Shown in pieces: positions 20,773 through 30,170 of a stretch of DNA of 58,057 nucleotides. The notes below the pieces were generated by a model. The model did no database searches, was not told the origin of the DNA, and saw nothing but the letters and a program-made list of their open reading frames with translations. Made by a program: the position numbers and the translations under genes. Each line of letters starts with the position of its first letter. Position 1 is the first letter of the stretch. This stretch comes from Eubacteriales bacterium (lineage in GTDB: Bacteria; Bacillota; Clostridia; Oscillospirales; CAG-272), in assembly GCA_045594305.1 (NCBI GenBank), contig JAZNYH010000049.1, positions 1 through 58,057 of the forward strand, read 5' to 3'.

Positions 20773-21726
20773 ATGACTACCACACTCGCATCGCCAACTA
20801 AGAAGGAGCTAAAAGCCCAAAGAAAGGCTGAAAGGCTCGAAAAAAAGCGTAAGAAAAAAGAGGTCAAGGAGCGTGAGAGGGACAAATTTAGACGCCTTCG
20901 CACGATCGAGCCATACACGAGAATTGTTCCGTACATTATGGAAAATAGAATTGGCTCTCAAAACTTTATCTTTGATAAGATAAATATGGCTCCTATTGAT
21001 GCATATATCAAGGAAAAGCAGGAAAGCGGACTTTCTCACTTTAACCTTATGCATATACTTATTGCCTCTTATGTTCGCACCTGCTCACAAAGACCTGCCA
21101 TAAACAGATTTATTCGTGGTCAAAAGATATATTCACGAAAAAAGGTAGAGGTTGCAATGGTTGTTAAGAAGGAGATGTCGCTTGAATCTCCCGACACCGT
21201 TATTAAGGTGACCTTTGACCCAAGGACTACTACTGCCGAAACTGTTTACCACCTGCTCAACGAAAAGATTGAGGAATACAGAAAGCATCCAAACAGTAGC
21301 TTTGATAAGCTTGCTAAGGTGCTCAATTTCATTCCCGGTATTCTTTTACGCTGGACTGTTAGGTTTCTTAGGTTTTTGGATTATTTTGGACTTTTGCCAA
21401 GAGCTCTTACAAGGCTAAGTCCGTTCCACGCATCGTTCTTTATTACATCAATGGGCTCACTTGGTATTCCGCCAATTGTTCACCATTTGTACGATTTTGG
21501 AACGCTTCCTGTATTTTGTGCATTTGGCTCACGCCAAAGGGAGCTTTCTATAAATGCTGACGGAGGTGTGGTTAAATCAAGCTTTGTAGATGTTACATTT
21601 AATCTTGATGAGCGTATTTGTGATGGCTTCTACTATGCATCTGCACTCAAGCTTATGAAAACTCATTTCAAAAAGCCTCATATGCTTGACGCTCTACCCG
21701 AAAAGGTTTACGAGGATATAAAATAA
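20773..21726 (+). CDS. Stand-alone 2-oxoacid dehydrogenase E2-like acyltransferase domain
   Basis: RPAINRFI, FITSMGSLG and LDERICDG (canonical DHRxxDG); no lipoyl domain. Confidence 0.75.
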   Translation: MTTTLASPTKKELKAQRKAERLEKKRKKKEVKERERDKFRRLRTIEPYTRIVPYIMENRIGSQNFIFDKINMAPIDAYIKEKQESGLSHFNLMHILIASYVRTCSQRPAINRFIRGQKIYSRKKVEVAMVVKKEMSLESPDTVIKVTFDPRTTTAETVYHLLNEKIEEYRKHPNSSFDKLAKVLNFIPGILLRWTVRFLRFLDYFGLLPRALTRLSPFHASFFITSMGSLGIPPIVHHLYDFGTLPVFCAFGSRQRELSINADGGVVKSSFVDVTFNLDERICDGFYYASALKLMKTHFKKPHMLDALPEKVYEDIK

Positions 21727-21836
21727 TAAAAGGCTCGGCTTATGCTGAGCCTTTATAGTATTTTTGAGCTATTTAAGTTGAAAAGCGTGAGGGGTTATGG
21801 TATAATTGTGGTAGTTATCAAATTCAGGGGGCAGAT

Positions 21837-22625
21837 ATGATTTTAGTTACTGGTGCAAGTGGCTTTGTGGGTAGCAGAATAATTAAGGATTGTAAAAATG
21901 TTATTGCGTGTCCTTCTCTTAAAGGACTTAGCGAGGACGATATTAGGCGTATTGTCGAAAGCAACGACATTGATGCGATTGTGCATACTGCGGCAATATC
22001 CGATATTGGTGAGTGTGAGAAAAATCCCGAGGCATCATATATTGCAAATGTTCAAATTCCTATTTGGCTTTCAAGAGCATCTAAGGGCATAAAGCTTGTG
22101 TGCTTTAGCTCTGATCAGGTGTATAGTGGTACTGAGGCTGACTGCCCGTTTACCGAGGATATGGTAAAGCCGAGCAACACCTACGCAAGGCACAAGCTCG
22201 AAATGGAGCAAAGGGTGCTTGACATAAATCCCGATGCAGTTATGCTCCGTGCCGAGTGGATGTATGACTACTATCTTAAAAAGTCAAATTACTTTATGGG
22301 GATTTTAAATGCGACGGACTCTGTGTCTTATAGCTCACAGCAATACAGGGGTGTAACCTATGTCAAGGAGGTTGCCGAGAATATCAAAAATGTGATTGCC
22401 CTGCCCGGTGGCTCATATAATTTTGGCAGTGAAAGTGCAAAATCCATGTATGAGATAACAAAGGATTTTCTATTAGCAATTGGCAAGGACATAAGGGTTG
22501 AGGATGCACCCTCACGCCACAACCTGTGGATGAATTGCGACAAGGCGAGGAAGCGTGGCGTGATTTTTAGCAGTGTCGAGGACGGCTTGATTAAATGTGC
22601 CAAGGATTACGGCTTAATAAAATAA
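21837..22625 (+). CDS. RmlD-like NAD(P)-dependent sugar nucleotide oxidoreductase (extended SDR)
   Basis: TGASGFVG, HTAA, SSDQVY and YARHK motifs. Confidence 0.85.
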   Translation: MILVTGASGFVGSRIIKDCKNVIACPSLKGLSEDDIRRIVESNDIDAIVHTAAISDIGECEKNPEASYIANVQIPIWLSRASKGIKLVCFSSDQVYSGTEADCPFTEDMVKPSNTYARHKLEMEQRVLDINPDAVMLRAEWMYDYYLKKSNYFMGILNATDSVSYSSQQYRGVTYVKEVAENIKNVIALPGGSYNFGSESAKSMYEITKDFLLAIGKDIRVEDAPSRHNLWMNCDKARKRGVIFSSVEDGLIKCAKDYGLIK

Positions 22626-22635
22626 GGAGAGCTTT

Positions 22636-23328
22636 ATGTGGAACGGAAGAAAAAAGGCAGTTACATTCAGCTTTGATGATGGTGTAACGCAGGATATAAG
22701 ATTAATCGAAATTTTGAACAAATATGGCTTGAAGGCTACATTCAATTTAAACTCTGAGTTTTTAGGTCTTGATGGCACTCTTGACCGAAATGGAAGAACG
22801 GTTCGCCACGACAAAATAAGCCCCGATAAAATAAAGGAGATTTACACAGGTCACGAGGTTGCGGGACATACTCTAACGCACCCGTTTTTGCCCGATTGCT
22901 CCGACGAGGAAATTATAAGGCAGGTTGAAAGGGATAGAGAAAATCTTTCAAGGCTTTGTGGCTACGAGGTTGTGAGCATGGCGTACCCCTGCGGTGGTGA
23001 AAACAACAACGACCGTGTGGCTGAAATCATAAGAAGCAACACCAAAATTAAGCTTGCAAGAACCATCACCTCAACATATAGCTTTGATTTGCAAAGCAAC
23101 CTTTTAAGATTTAATCCTACTGTGTACTATGTTGATGATAGGCTTGATGAGATTGTCGATGAATTTTTGGCATTGGAGCCTACCTCTGAGGCTCTGCTCT
23201 ATATTTGGGGACACTCATACGAAATGGACGCAGAATATATCACCTGGGAGAAATTCGAGCAGGTTTGCAAAAGGCTTGCAAATCACGATGATATCTTCTA
23301 CGGGACAAACAAAGAGGTTTTACTATAA
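22636..23328 (+). CDS. Polysaccharide deacetylase (CE4/NodB)
   Basis: TFSFDDG, GHEVAGHTLTHP, AYPCG and WGHSYE motifs. Confidence 0.9.
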   Translation: MWNGRKKAVTFSFDDGVTQDIRLIEILNKYGLKATFNLNSEFLGLDGTLDRNGRTVRHDKISPDKIKEIYTGHEVAGHTLTHPFLPDCSDEEIIRQVERDRENLSRLCGYEVVSMAYPCGGENNNDRVAEIIRSNTKIKLARTITSTYSFDLQSNLLRFNPTVYYVDDRLDEIVDEFLALEPTSEALLYIWGHSYEMDAEYITWEKFEQVCKRLANHDDIFYGTNKEVLL

Positions 23329-23332
23329 AGCA

Positions 23333-23362
23333 AAAGCCACAGGGCGTACCCTGTGGCTTTTT
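23333..23362. terminator. Bidirectional terminator
   Basis: AAAAGCCACAGGG-cgta-CCCTGTGGCTTTT between convergent genes. Confidence 0.8.
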
Positions 23363-23370
23363 ATTTGATT

Positions 23371-23865
23371 TTATTCATCATCGCCTGTTTGAACAGGGGT
23401 TGCTTGTGGAACAAGTGCACTCATTCCATGGCCTACTCTTACCTGATTAAAGGTGATGGCGTTGAGTGACATATCGCTATATGTCTTTGTTGTTGCATAT
23501 TTATCTGCATTTATGTACTGAGCAACCTTGACATTGCCCTCTGCGTCGGTTGCGTAAATTCCAACCACAAGGTTAAGGGAATCTGCAATCTCTGCACTAA
23601 ATGAGGAAATGTCTACATTCAAGGTTACATATTTCAAATCATCAACTGGAATCATTACACCCTTTGCAGATGTATTGAGTGAGCCGTCTACAAAGAATGC
23701 TTGATTTGACGCTACTGTGCCTGCATTTGCCATAACTATACCAAATGTGAAGCTTGGATAAAGCTCCTTGTATTTGGTAAGAGCCTCCTTGTTTACAGTA
23801 AAGCCTGCTTTAAGTGAATAGCCGTCAGGTCCTACCGAGTAGCCCTTTGCCTCAAACATTGGATC
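23371..23865 (-). repeat. Conserved 3' module, copy 1
   Basis: 21 mismatches in 495 nt against 25130-25624 by manual alignment (~96%). Confidence 0.95.
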
Positions 23866-24915
23866 TGCAACAGCTTCCTTATCGCTTATTGTACAGCCAT
23901 CATTTGTGCAATCGGTAATAATCTTGCCTTCTACTGCATAACCATCTGCGTAAATTATTTTAGTTGCGAATACATGCACCAAGGCAGTTGTGGTTTCAGC
24001 TCCACATCTTGAACAGGTATCTGCTGTTTCACAGCTTGTGTCTGGATCCTCGTGAATGTTGTCGAAATAATATTCACAGTGATTTGCATATACAACCTTT
24101 GATACCCAGCTTGAGGCATCAGTGGTTAGGTCTGCTATAAAAGCAGAGTCCGCTGTACCTGTAAAGATGATTTTTTCAACGCTACAGTTATCAAGAGAAT
24201 ATCTACTGTTAACACCTGTACAGCCCTTTGGAATTATGTAGGTTACGGGTGTTGTTGTCTTGCCATTTGTGATTTTACGAAAATCCTGTGGGATAATACT
24301 ATTATATCCCTCTGGGAATTTAATCACAGAAAGCTTATTACAGTTTTTGAATGCATTTGCTCCAAACGAGGTTACTGTGTTTGGGATTTCAATGCTTTCA
24401 AGTGATATGCAATCATTAAAGCATTCATTTGGAATTTGTGTTATTCCTGTGCTTGGCAATTTAATGCTAACAAGAGATGAGCATCCTGTAAATGATGCAT
24501 AGTGAAAGAATGTGCCCTCGGGTAGATAGACATCTATCAAGGATGAACAATCTTGATATGTCCAGTTTAGCCTTGCGTTTTTAAATACCTCTACTCTTAT
24601 CAATGATGCATTTGTATAGCTCTCTCCGGTTTTTTCGTTTAGCTTGGTGAACGAAAGCCTCATATCCGTACCCGAAGAGCCATTGTAGATGTAGTATGCA
24701 GGATAGGTTGTATAGGTGCCGTCAGCGTTTTTAAGCACCGCTCTTGATGTGGTATCATAGTCATTCACCTCGGCAATGCCATCAACATATTTAACATCGC
24801 CATACTCATTTGATGCCGAGCCAGTTACTGCTGCACTTGTAGTAATAGCAAATACTGAAGCTATTACAGCTATCACAGTAGCTACAAGCAAAGTGGTTAG
24901 AAATTTCTTTTTCAT
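23371..24915 (-). CDS. Secreted BspA-type LRR protein, paralog 1
   Basis: Signal peptide, LRR_5 repeats (CFNDCISLESIEIPNTVTSFGANAFKNC), Cys/His linker, conserved C-terminal module. Confidence 0.88.
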   Translation of the reverse strand: MKKKFLTTLLVATVIAVIASVFAITTSAAVTGSASNEYGDVKYVDGIAEVNDYDTTSRAVLKNADGTYTTYPAYYIYNGSSGTDMRLSFTKLNEKTGESYTNASLIRVEVFKNARLNWTYQDCSSLIDVYLPEGTFFHYASFTGCSSLVSIKLPSTGITQIPNECFNDCISLESIEIPNTVTSFGANAFKNCNKLSVIKFPEGYNSIIPQDFRKITNGKTTTPVTYIIPKGCTGVNSRYSLDNCSVEKIIFTGTADSAFIADLTTDASSWVSKVVYANHCEYYFDNIHEDPDTSCETADTCSRCGAETTTALVHVFATKIIYADGYAVEGKIITDCTNDGCTISDKEAVADPMFEAKGYSVGPDGYSLKAGFTVNKEALTKYKELYPSFTFGIVMANAGTVASNQAFFVDGSLNTSAKGVMIPVDDLKYVTLNVDISSFSAEIADSLNLVVGIYATDAEGNVKVAQYINADKYATTKTYSDMSLNAITFNQVRVGHGMSALVPQATPVQTGDDE

Positions 24916-24962
24916 AATTTTCTCCTCTTATGGTAATATATACAAAATACTTTTACAGCATA

Positions 24963-24991
24963 ATTATATCATATATAAATATACTTGTCAA
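24963..24991 (-). promoter_or_regulatory. Consensus promoter of LRR paralog 1
   Basis: TTGACA-N17-TATAAT on the minus strand. Confidence 0.8.
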
Positions 24992-25129
24992 TATTGTAAT
25001 ATACAAAATTTTCGAGCCTCGTGCTTTTTACAACAATACATAAAATTTCCCTTGTCGTTTTTGCAAAATAAAAATCCACTTGCCATTAAGGGTCGAGTGG
25101 ATTTTTATTTAATTATTTTCTAACGAGGA

Positions 25130-25624
25130 TTATTCCTCATCGCCTGTTTGAACAGGAGCTGCTTGTGGAACAAGTGCGCTCATTCCATGGCCTACTCTTA
25201 CCTGATTAAAGGTGATGGCGTTGAGTGACATATCGCTATATGTCTTTGTTGTTGCATACTTATCTGCATTTATGTACTGAGCAACCTTGACATTGCCCTC
25301 TGCGTCGGTTGCGTAAATTCCAACCACAAGGTTAAGGGAATCTGCAATCTCTGCGGTAAATGAAGAAATATCTACATTCAAGGTTATGTATTTCAAATCA
25401 TCAACCTCAATCATTACACCCTTTGCTGATGTATTGAGTGAGCCGTCTACAAAGAACGCTTGATTTGATGCTACTGTGCCTGCATTTGCCATAACTATAC
25501 CAAAGGTAAAGCTTGGATAAAGCTCCTTGTATTTGGTAAGAGCCTCCTTGTTTACAGTAAAGCCTGCTTTAAGTGAATAGCCGTCAGGTCCTACCGAATA
25601 GCCCTTTGCCACAAACATTGGATC
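25130..25624 (-). repeat. Conserved 3' module, copy 2
   Basis: Direct repeat of 23371-23865. Confidence 0.95.
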
Positions 25625-26956
25625 CATTGACTTGTTTACAATGTCGTATTTTGTACAGCCCTCATTTGAGCAACCGTAGTTATATACACCGTTTGAATCG
25701 AAGCTTACATATACAAGGGTTTCGTAAAGCTCGTGTCCCTGTGTGCCTGCAACATTATGACCACATTCGCCACATATTACGCCATCCATACAGTCGCCTG
25801 TGCCCTCATAATCATGGATTCCGTTATAGAACACGCTACATGGATTAACATTAAATGTAACTCTGCTATTTGCCTTTGCAGTTACAATATTCTCGCCAGA
25901 GTCGGTACCTGTTGCACCATTTTTGCCCTCTGAAATTTTCTCGATAAGAGTATCCCATTGTTCCTCTGTTCCACAATAATAGAACTGTATATTTGGACAG
26001 TTGGTAAAGTATTGGTGAGCTGAGCTTACATCAACATTGTCAGCAGTAAATGTAGCTGGGAAATATACCTTTACATTTGCTGCACCTCTTACATAGAAGT
26101 TATCACCTGTTACGCCCTTAAAGCCCTTGAAGTTAGCTCCAAATACGAGCTTTTCAAGCTTGCCCTCTGTGCCAAACATACTAAATTGAAGTGCTCTATA
26201 ATGTACTTCCTCAACTGTGTTTGGAAAAACAAGCTCTTTTAGATTTTTACACATATAGAAGCATCTATAAGGGATAACTTTTATCTGCGAGCCTTCCTCA
26301 AAGGTGATTTTTTCAAGCTGAGTATCTTGGAAAACTCCAAGGTCATCATGCTCTATAAAGCTGGGGATTCCCTTTGGTACAAAAAACTCCTTTAAGTTAC
26401 TTTGAGCTACTGCGTGAAGGCCCATATAAGTAATTGGGGTGCCTGGCTCAATATCAGCAATTATCAATTGAGTATTTTGGAACATTCTATCAATAATTTC
26501 AGTTGCCGTTTTTGGAAAATAAAAATATTGAATAGGTACATTTCTATTAGCACCATAATAGCCGAATTGGAAGCTTGAATCAAACTTTTCAATTCCCGAT
26601 ATACCGTCATTTACAAAATCATCTCTTAGGTTAACTACAACAACTCCCTTTTGCTGTGAGCCTCCATAAAATTTTGACACATCGTTAAAGCTTGCCTTTT
26701 TGTCAGTAACGGTAATAAGATTAACCGCTCTGTCGCTAACAAGCTTGTTGTCGGTGTTAATATACCAAACAAGAGCGTAGCCCTCTGTATCATAAAGATT
26801 TACTACGGGATTACTAACGCTTGCGTCTCCTACTGTAAAGCTTCCGCTAAGAGTAACGGTAGTGTCCTTGTTGATAGTAGTTGCGCTTACTGAAACTGCG
26901 AAAACGCACATTATCGCTACCAAAACAAGCATAAACAAAATAAACCTTTTTTTCAT
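25130..26956 (-). CDS. Secreted BspA-type LRR protein, paralog 2
   Basis: ATG of MKKRFIL follows AAGGAG; signal peptide, LRR_5-like repeats, same C-terminal module. Confidence 0.88.
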   Translation of the reverse strand: MKKRFILFMLVLVAIMCVFAVSVSATTINKDTTVTLSGSFTVGDASVSNPVVNLYDTEGYALVWYINTDNKLVSDRAVNLITVTDKKASFNDVSKFYGGSQQKGVVVVNLRDDFVNDGISGIEKFDSSFQFGYYGANRNVPIQYFYFPKTATEIIDRMFQNTQLIIADIEPGTPITYMGLHAVAQSNLKEFFVPKGIPSFIEHDDLGVFQDTQLEKITFEEGSQIKVIPYRCFYMCKNLKELVFPNTVEEVHYRALQFSMFGTEGKLEKLVFGANFKGFKGVTGDNFYVRGAANVKVYFPATFTADNVDVSSAHQYFTNCPNIQFYYCGTEEQWDTLIEKISEGKNGATGTDSGENIVTAKANSRVTFNVNPCSVFYNGIHDYEGTGDCMDGVICGECGHNVAGTQGHELYETLVYVSFDSNGVYNYGCSNEGCTKYDIVNKSMDPMFVAKGYSVGPDGYSLKAGFTVNKEALTKYKELYPSFTFGIVMANAGTVASNQAFFVDGSLNTSAKGVMIEVDDLKYITLNVDISSFTAEIADSLNLVVGIYATDAEGNVKVAQYINADKYATTKTYSDMSLNAITFNQVRVGHGMSALVPQAAPVQTGDEE

Positions 26957-27016
26957 TGTTTTCTCCTTATAATTTTTGTAGTTTTTATCGAGCATTTGTG
27001 AAAATAAGAAATAATA

Positions 27017-27045
27017 TTGACAACTCTACACATTTATTTTATAAT
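27017..27045 (+). promoter_or_regulatory. Consensus promoter of the AraC gene
   Basis: TTGACA-N17-TATAAT. Confidence 0.75.
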
Positions 27046-27119
27046 GATTGTAGGTAATTGTAAATAGATTATTTTATTGAATATTTGTATTATTTTATTA
27101 TTGATTATCAAAAAGGAGG

Positions 27120-27974
27120 GTGAAAAAATTGAAGCTACATCGTTATAGAAATGTTGAAATCTTGAATCTAAAAAGCAAAAAATCATCCGATGCACCATTG
27201 ATTATAAACCTTGCAAACGACTGCTTTACTTATTTTGAGCCCTTTGCATACGACACATATAACGATCAAGGACGAGATGATTATTTCTTGATCTATGTGA
27301 CAGACGGAATTTTCAACACTAACATAGATGGCACTGCCTTTCACTTAGGAAAGGGCTCAGTGATTTTATATCCTCCCAAATACAAATATCACTATTGGGG
27401 AGAGCCACCGTCAAAATATCTTTGTGTGCATTTTACCGGATCACATGTAGAAACGCTTTTAGCGGATTTAGGCTTTCCAACATTAAAGCCTTATACATTA
27501 GAAATTGAATTTTCCCCTAAAATCAAATCCTTGTTTGATAAAATAATTGAGCAAGATATGACAAATGCTCCTTTTTTGAAATATTCATTAGCTTGTCTTT
27601 TGGAGGAAATTTTACTTACCATTGCCACAAACAGAGTGAGGAGTGATGGTTATCGCACATTCAAAAAATCAATCAAATACATTCACGAGAATTATACAGA
27701 AAAAATACAAATTCCCTATCTTGCAAAATTAGAGGGCTTAAGCAATTCAAGATACATTACTCTTTTTTCTAAGGAAATGAAAAAAACGCCAAGCACTTAT
27801 ATACTTGACCTAAGGCTTGGCAGAGCCTGCGAGCTTCTTTTGACAACGGATATGGAAATTAGCTTGGTTGGTGCTTCATCTGGGTACAAGGACCAGTATT
27901 TTTTCAGCAAAATATTCAAAAAGCATATAGGAATATCACCTCAGGAATATAGAAAAAGGAACAAGGAAAGCTAA
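27120..27974 (+). CDS. AraC family transcriptional regulator
   Basis: Cupin-like N-terminus; C-terminal double HTH (GYKDQYFFSKIFKKHIGISPQEYR); AGGAGG RBS with GTG start. Confidence 0.92.
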   Translation: MKKLKLHRYRNVEILNLKSKKSSDAPLIINLANDCFTYFEPFAYDTYNDQGRDDYFLIYVTDGIFNTNIDGTAFHLGKGSVILYPPKYKYHYWGEPPSKYLCVHFTGSHVETLLADLGFPTLKPYTLEIEFSPKIKSLFDKIIEQDMTNAPFLKYSLACLLEEILLTIATNRVRSDGYRTFKKSIKYIHENYTEKIQIPYLAKLEGLSNSRYITLFSKEMKKTPSTYILDLRLGRACELLLTTDMEISLVGASSGYKDQYFFSKIFKKHIGISPQEYRKRNKES

Positions 27975-28026
27975 AAGGGTTTTCAGCATTGGATAAAGAA
28001 AAGGGCACAAAATGTGCCCTTTGTTT

Positions 28027-28500
28027 TTATTTATCATCGCCTGTTTGAACAGGAGCTGCTTGTGGAACAAGTGCGCTCATGCCGTGGCCTACTCTTACCT
28101 GATTAAGGGTTACGGCGTTGAGTGACATATCGCTATATGTCTTTGTTGTTGCATATTTATCTGCGTCTATGTACTGAGCAACCTTGACATTGCCCTCTGC
28201 GTCGGTTGTGTAAATTCCAACCACAAGGTTAAGAGAATCTGCAATCTCTGCGGTAAATGAAGAAATATCTACATTCAAGGTTACATATTTCAAATCATCA
28301 ACCTCAATCATTACACCCTTTGCTGATGTATTGAGTGAGCCGTCTACAAAGAAGCTATTGCCTGATGCTACTGTATTTGCGTTTGCCATAACTATACCGA
28401 AGCTGAAGCTTGGGTAAAATCCCTTATATTCTTCGAGAGCAGTGATATTTACCTTGTATCCAGCCTTAAGTGAATAGCCGTCGGGTCCTATCGAATAGCC
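28027..28500 (-). repeat. Conserved 3' module, copy 3
   Basis: Near-identical to copies 1 and 2 to about 28347, more diverged beyond. Confidence 0.9.
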
Positions 28501-30018
28501 GAGGCAATTAAAGAGTGCAGGCGCTTCATCTGTGATATCCTCAGCACCGCATTTTGCACACTTAAGAGTTTTGCAGCCCGCCTTACTAAAATCAGTATAA
28601 GCAATATTAATTACTGTTGCATTTTCTAAATCGTGCACGCCACCGTTATTGGAGTTTGGTATTTCAACCTCACCCATACTTGCTCCACAGAAGCAATATG
28701 TATTTCCCCATGCATTATCTACACAGGTAGGCTCTTTTGTTATAACAGCTTTTCTTACATCCTCTAAATGAACAAAGCCGTCAGTAGTAAAGTTTAAATT
28801 CTTAGCGAGTGGAGAACAAGTTCCCTCCTTGCACTTATAGATATATGCTCCCGTGTTAGTGTAGTTATTATAACCACTTATAGTGAAATTAATATCGCCC
28901 TGGTTCGGATTTGCAAAAACTACTGAAACATAATTCATCTCGCTGGAAAAGGCAAATTCAGTCATATTTCCCAAGAACACAACGGTTATTGCTGTTTCCG
29001 GTGTTCTTGCAATGCCCTCAGCGTTAGTTGCAAACATCCAGCTGCCTGTTATTTTAGTAACATTTTCGCCAAACACCAAATATTTGTTAATGCTATTACA
29101 GTTTTTAAACGCTTCATATTCAACGGTCTTCAAGTTTTCTGGAAAATAGTAAACCTCAGGTCTTGTAAGCTCATTTGGATTATTTACAAAGTATAATGAT
29201 GTACATTTTACAAAGGCTCCTTCGTTTGAAGAGCTTTGACCGGTAATAGTTAAAATGCTATCCGGCAAATAAAATGCTTCAAGAGAGGTACAAGCAAAAA
29301 AGCTCTTTGCTTTTATTGTTTGAAGATTTGAGCTTTCAGAAATAACTACTCTTTTAAGGCTACTACATTCATCAAATGCCCAACCACCTATTTCAATAAC
29401 ACTGTCGGCAAGTTTAACATACTCAAGAGCATAGCAGTTGCCAAATGCCTCGTGCTGAGCTGTAGCATCAAGTCTTGTTAGTGTTGTACAGGTTGTCATA
29501 TCAACAAACTTTAGAGATGTTGAATCTCTTAATCCGGACATATATGATTGACACTCTGTCCTTGTACATCCGCCATCAATTACCTTGTAGCCATCAGGGA
29601 TTTCAATAGCTATAACGCTATTTTTGTCATAGGTGGCTTTACATGGATTCTTTTCGTTAATATCATCAAAGCTTATATTAAATATTTCGTTTGCATATAA
29701 TGTGCCGAGGTCGTGACCCCAATATGTATCAGCTTCATAAAACTTTGTGATATAATAGGTTGGATAAACGTGTGTGCTTCCGCAAGAGCAGCTTAATTCA
29801 ACTCTTGCATTTACTACGGTGCTTGCGTAGCTTGCATAAATTTTAGGGGTAATATGCTCACTTGCTTCAATTTCGACAATGGTCTCCACAGTCTTTCTGT
29901 TAAAATATCCCTCATAGGTATTAACGGACTCTTGTAGTGTAAGAGCGCTTGTCGATAGCGCCAAAGCGAAAATCACACTAACGAGCATCAAAACGGTTAT
30001 TAAAATCTTCTTTTTCAT
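28027..30018 (-). CDS. Secreted BspA-type LRR protein, paralog 3
   Basis: Signal peptide, LRR_5 repeats, HxxxxCxxxG..C.CG linker, same C-terminal module. Confidence 0.88.
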   Translation of the reverse strand: MKKKILITVLMLVSVIFALALSTSALTLQESVNTYEGYFNRKTVETIVEIEASEHITPKIYASYASTVVNARVELSCSCGSTHVYPTYYITKFYEADTYWGHDLGTLYANEIFNISFDDINEKNPCKATYDKNSVIAIEIPDGYKVIDGGCTRTECQSYMSGLRDSTSLKFVDMTTCTTLTRLDATAQHEAFGNCYALEYVKLADSVIEIGGWAFDECSSLKRVVISESSNLQTIKAKSFFACTSLEAFYLPDSILTITGQSSSNEGAFVKCTSLYFVNNPNELTRPEVYYFPENLKTVEYEAFKNCNSINKYLVFGENVTKITGSWMFATNAEGIARTPETAITVVFLGNMTEFAFSSEMNYVSVVFANPNQGDINFTISGYNNYTNTGAYIYKCKEGTCSPLAKNLNFTTDGFVHLEDVRKAVITKEPTCVDNAWGNTYCFCGASMGEVEIPNSNNGGVHDLENATVINIAYTDFSKAGCKTLKCAKCGAEDITDEAPALFNCLGYSIGPDGYSLKAGYKVNITALEEYKGFYPSFSFGIVMANANTVASGNSFFVDGSLNTSAKGVMIEVDDLKYVTLNVDISSFTAEIADSLNLVVGIYTTDAEGNVKVAQYIDADKYATTKTYSDMSLNAVTLNQVRVGHGMSALVPQAAPVQTGDDK

Positions 30019-30104
30019 GTTTTTCTCCTTTTGATTTGAAATAGCTTTCTTTTCATAAATTTTCTCTTTTTGATTTGAATTTTGTATTAAAGTATCTTAA
30101 ATAG

Positions 30105-30135
30105 AGTATAAACTATGACCTTAGGTTAAGGTCAA
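30105..30135 (-). promoter_or_regulatory. MerR-type promoter/operator of LRR paralog 3
   Basis: TTGACC-N19-TATACT; spacer contains the dyad ACCT-N-AGGT; 18/19 identical to the spacer at 33146-33164. Confidence 0.8.
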
Positions 30136-30170
30136 TAGGTTTTTAAAAATTATTTATTAAAAATTTTAAG

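Noticed and set aside
23371-28500. Diversity-generating retroelement (TR/VR) explanation for the 3' repeats
   Set aside because: Mismatches are not restricted to adenines, the repeats are the conserved rather than the variable part, and no reverse transcriptase is present in the window
23371-30018. Shufflon or invertible cassette
   Set aside because: All copies are direct repeats in complete genes with their own starts; no flanking inverted sites or adjacent recombinase
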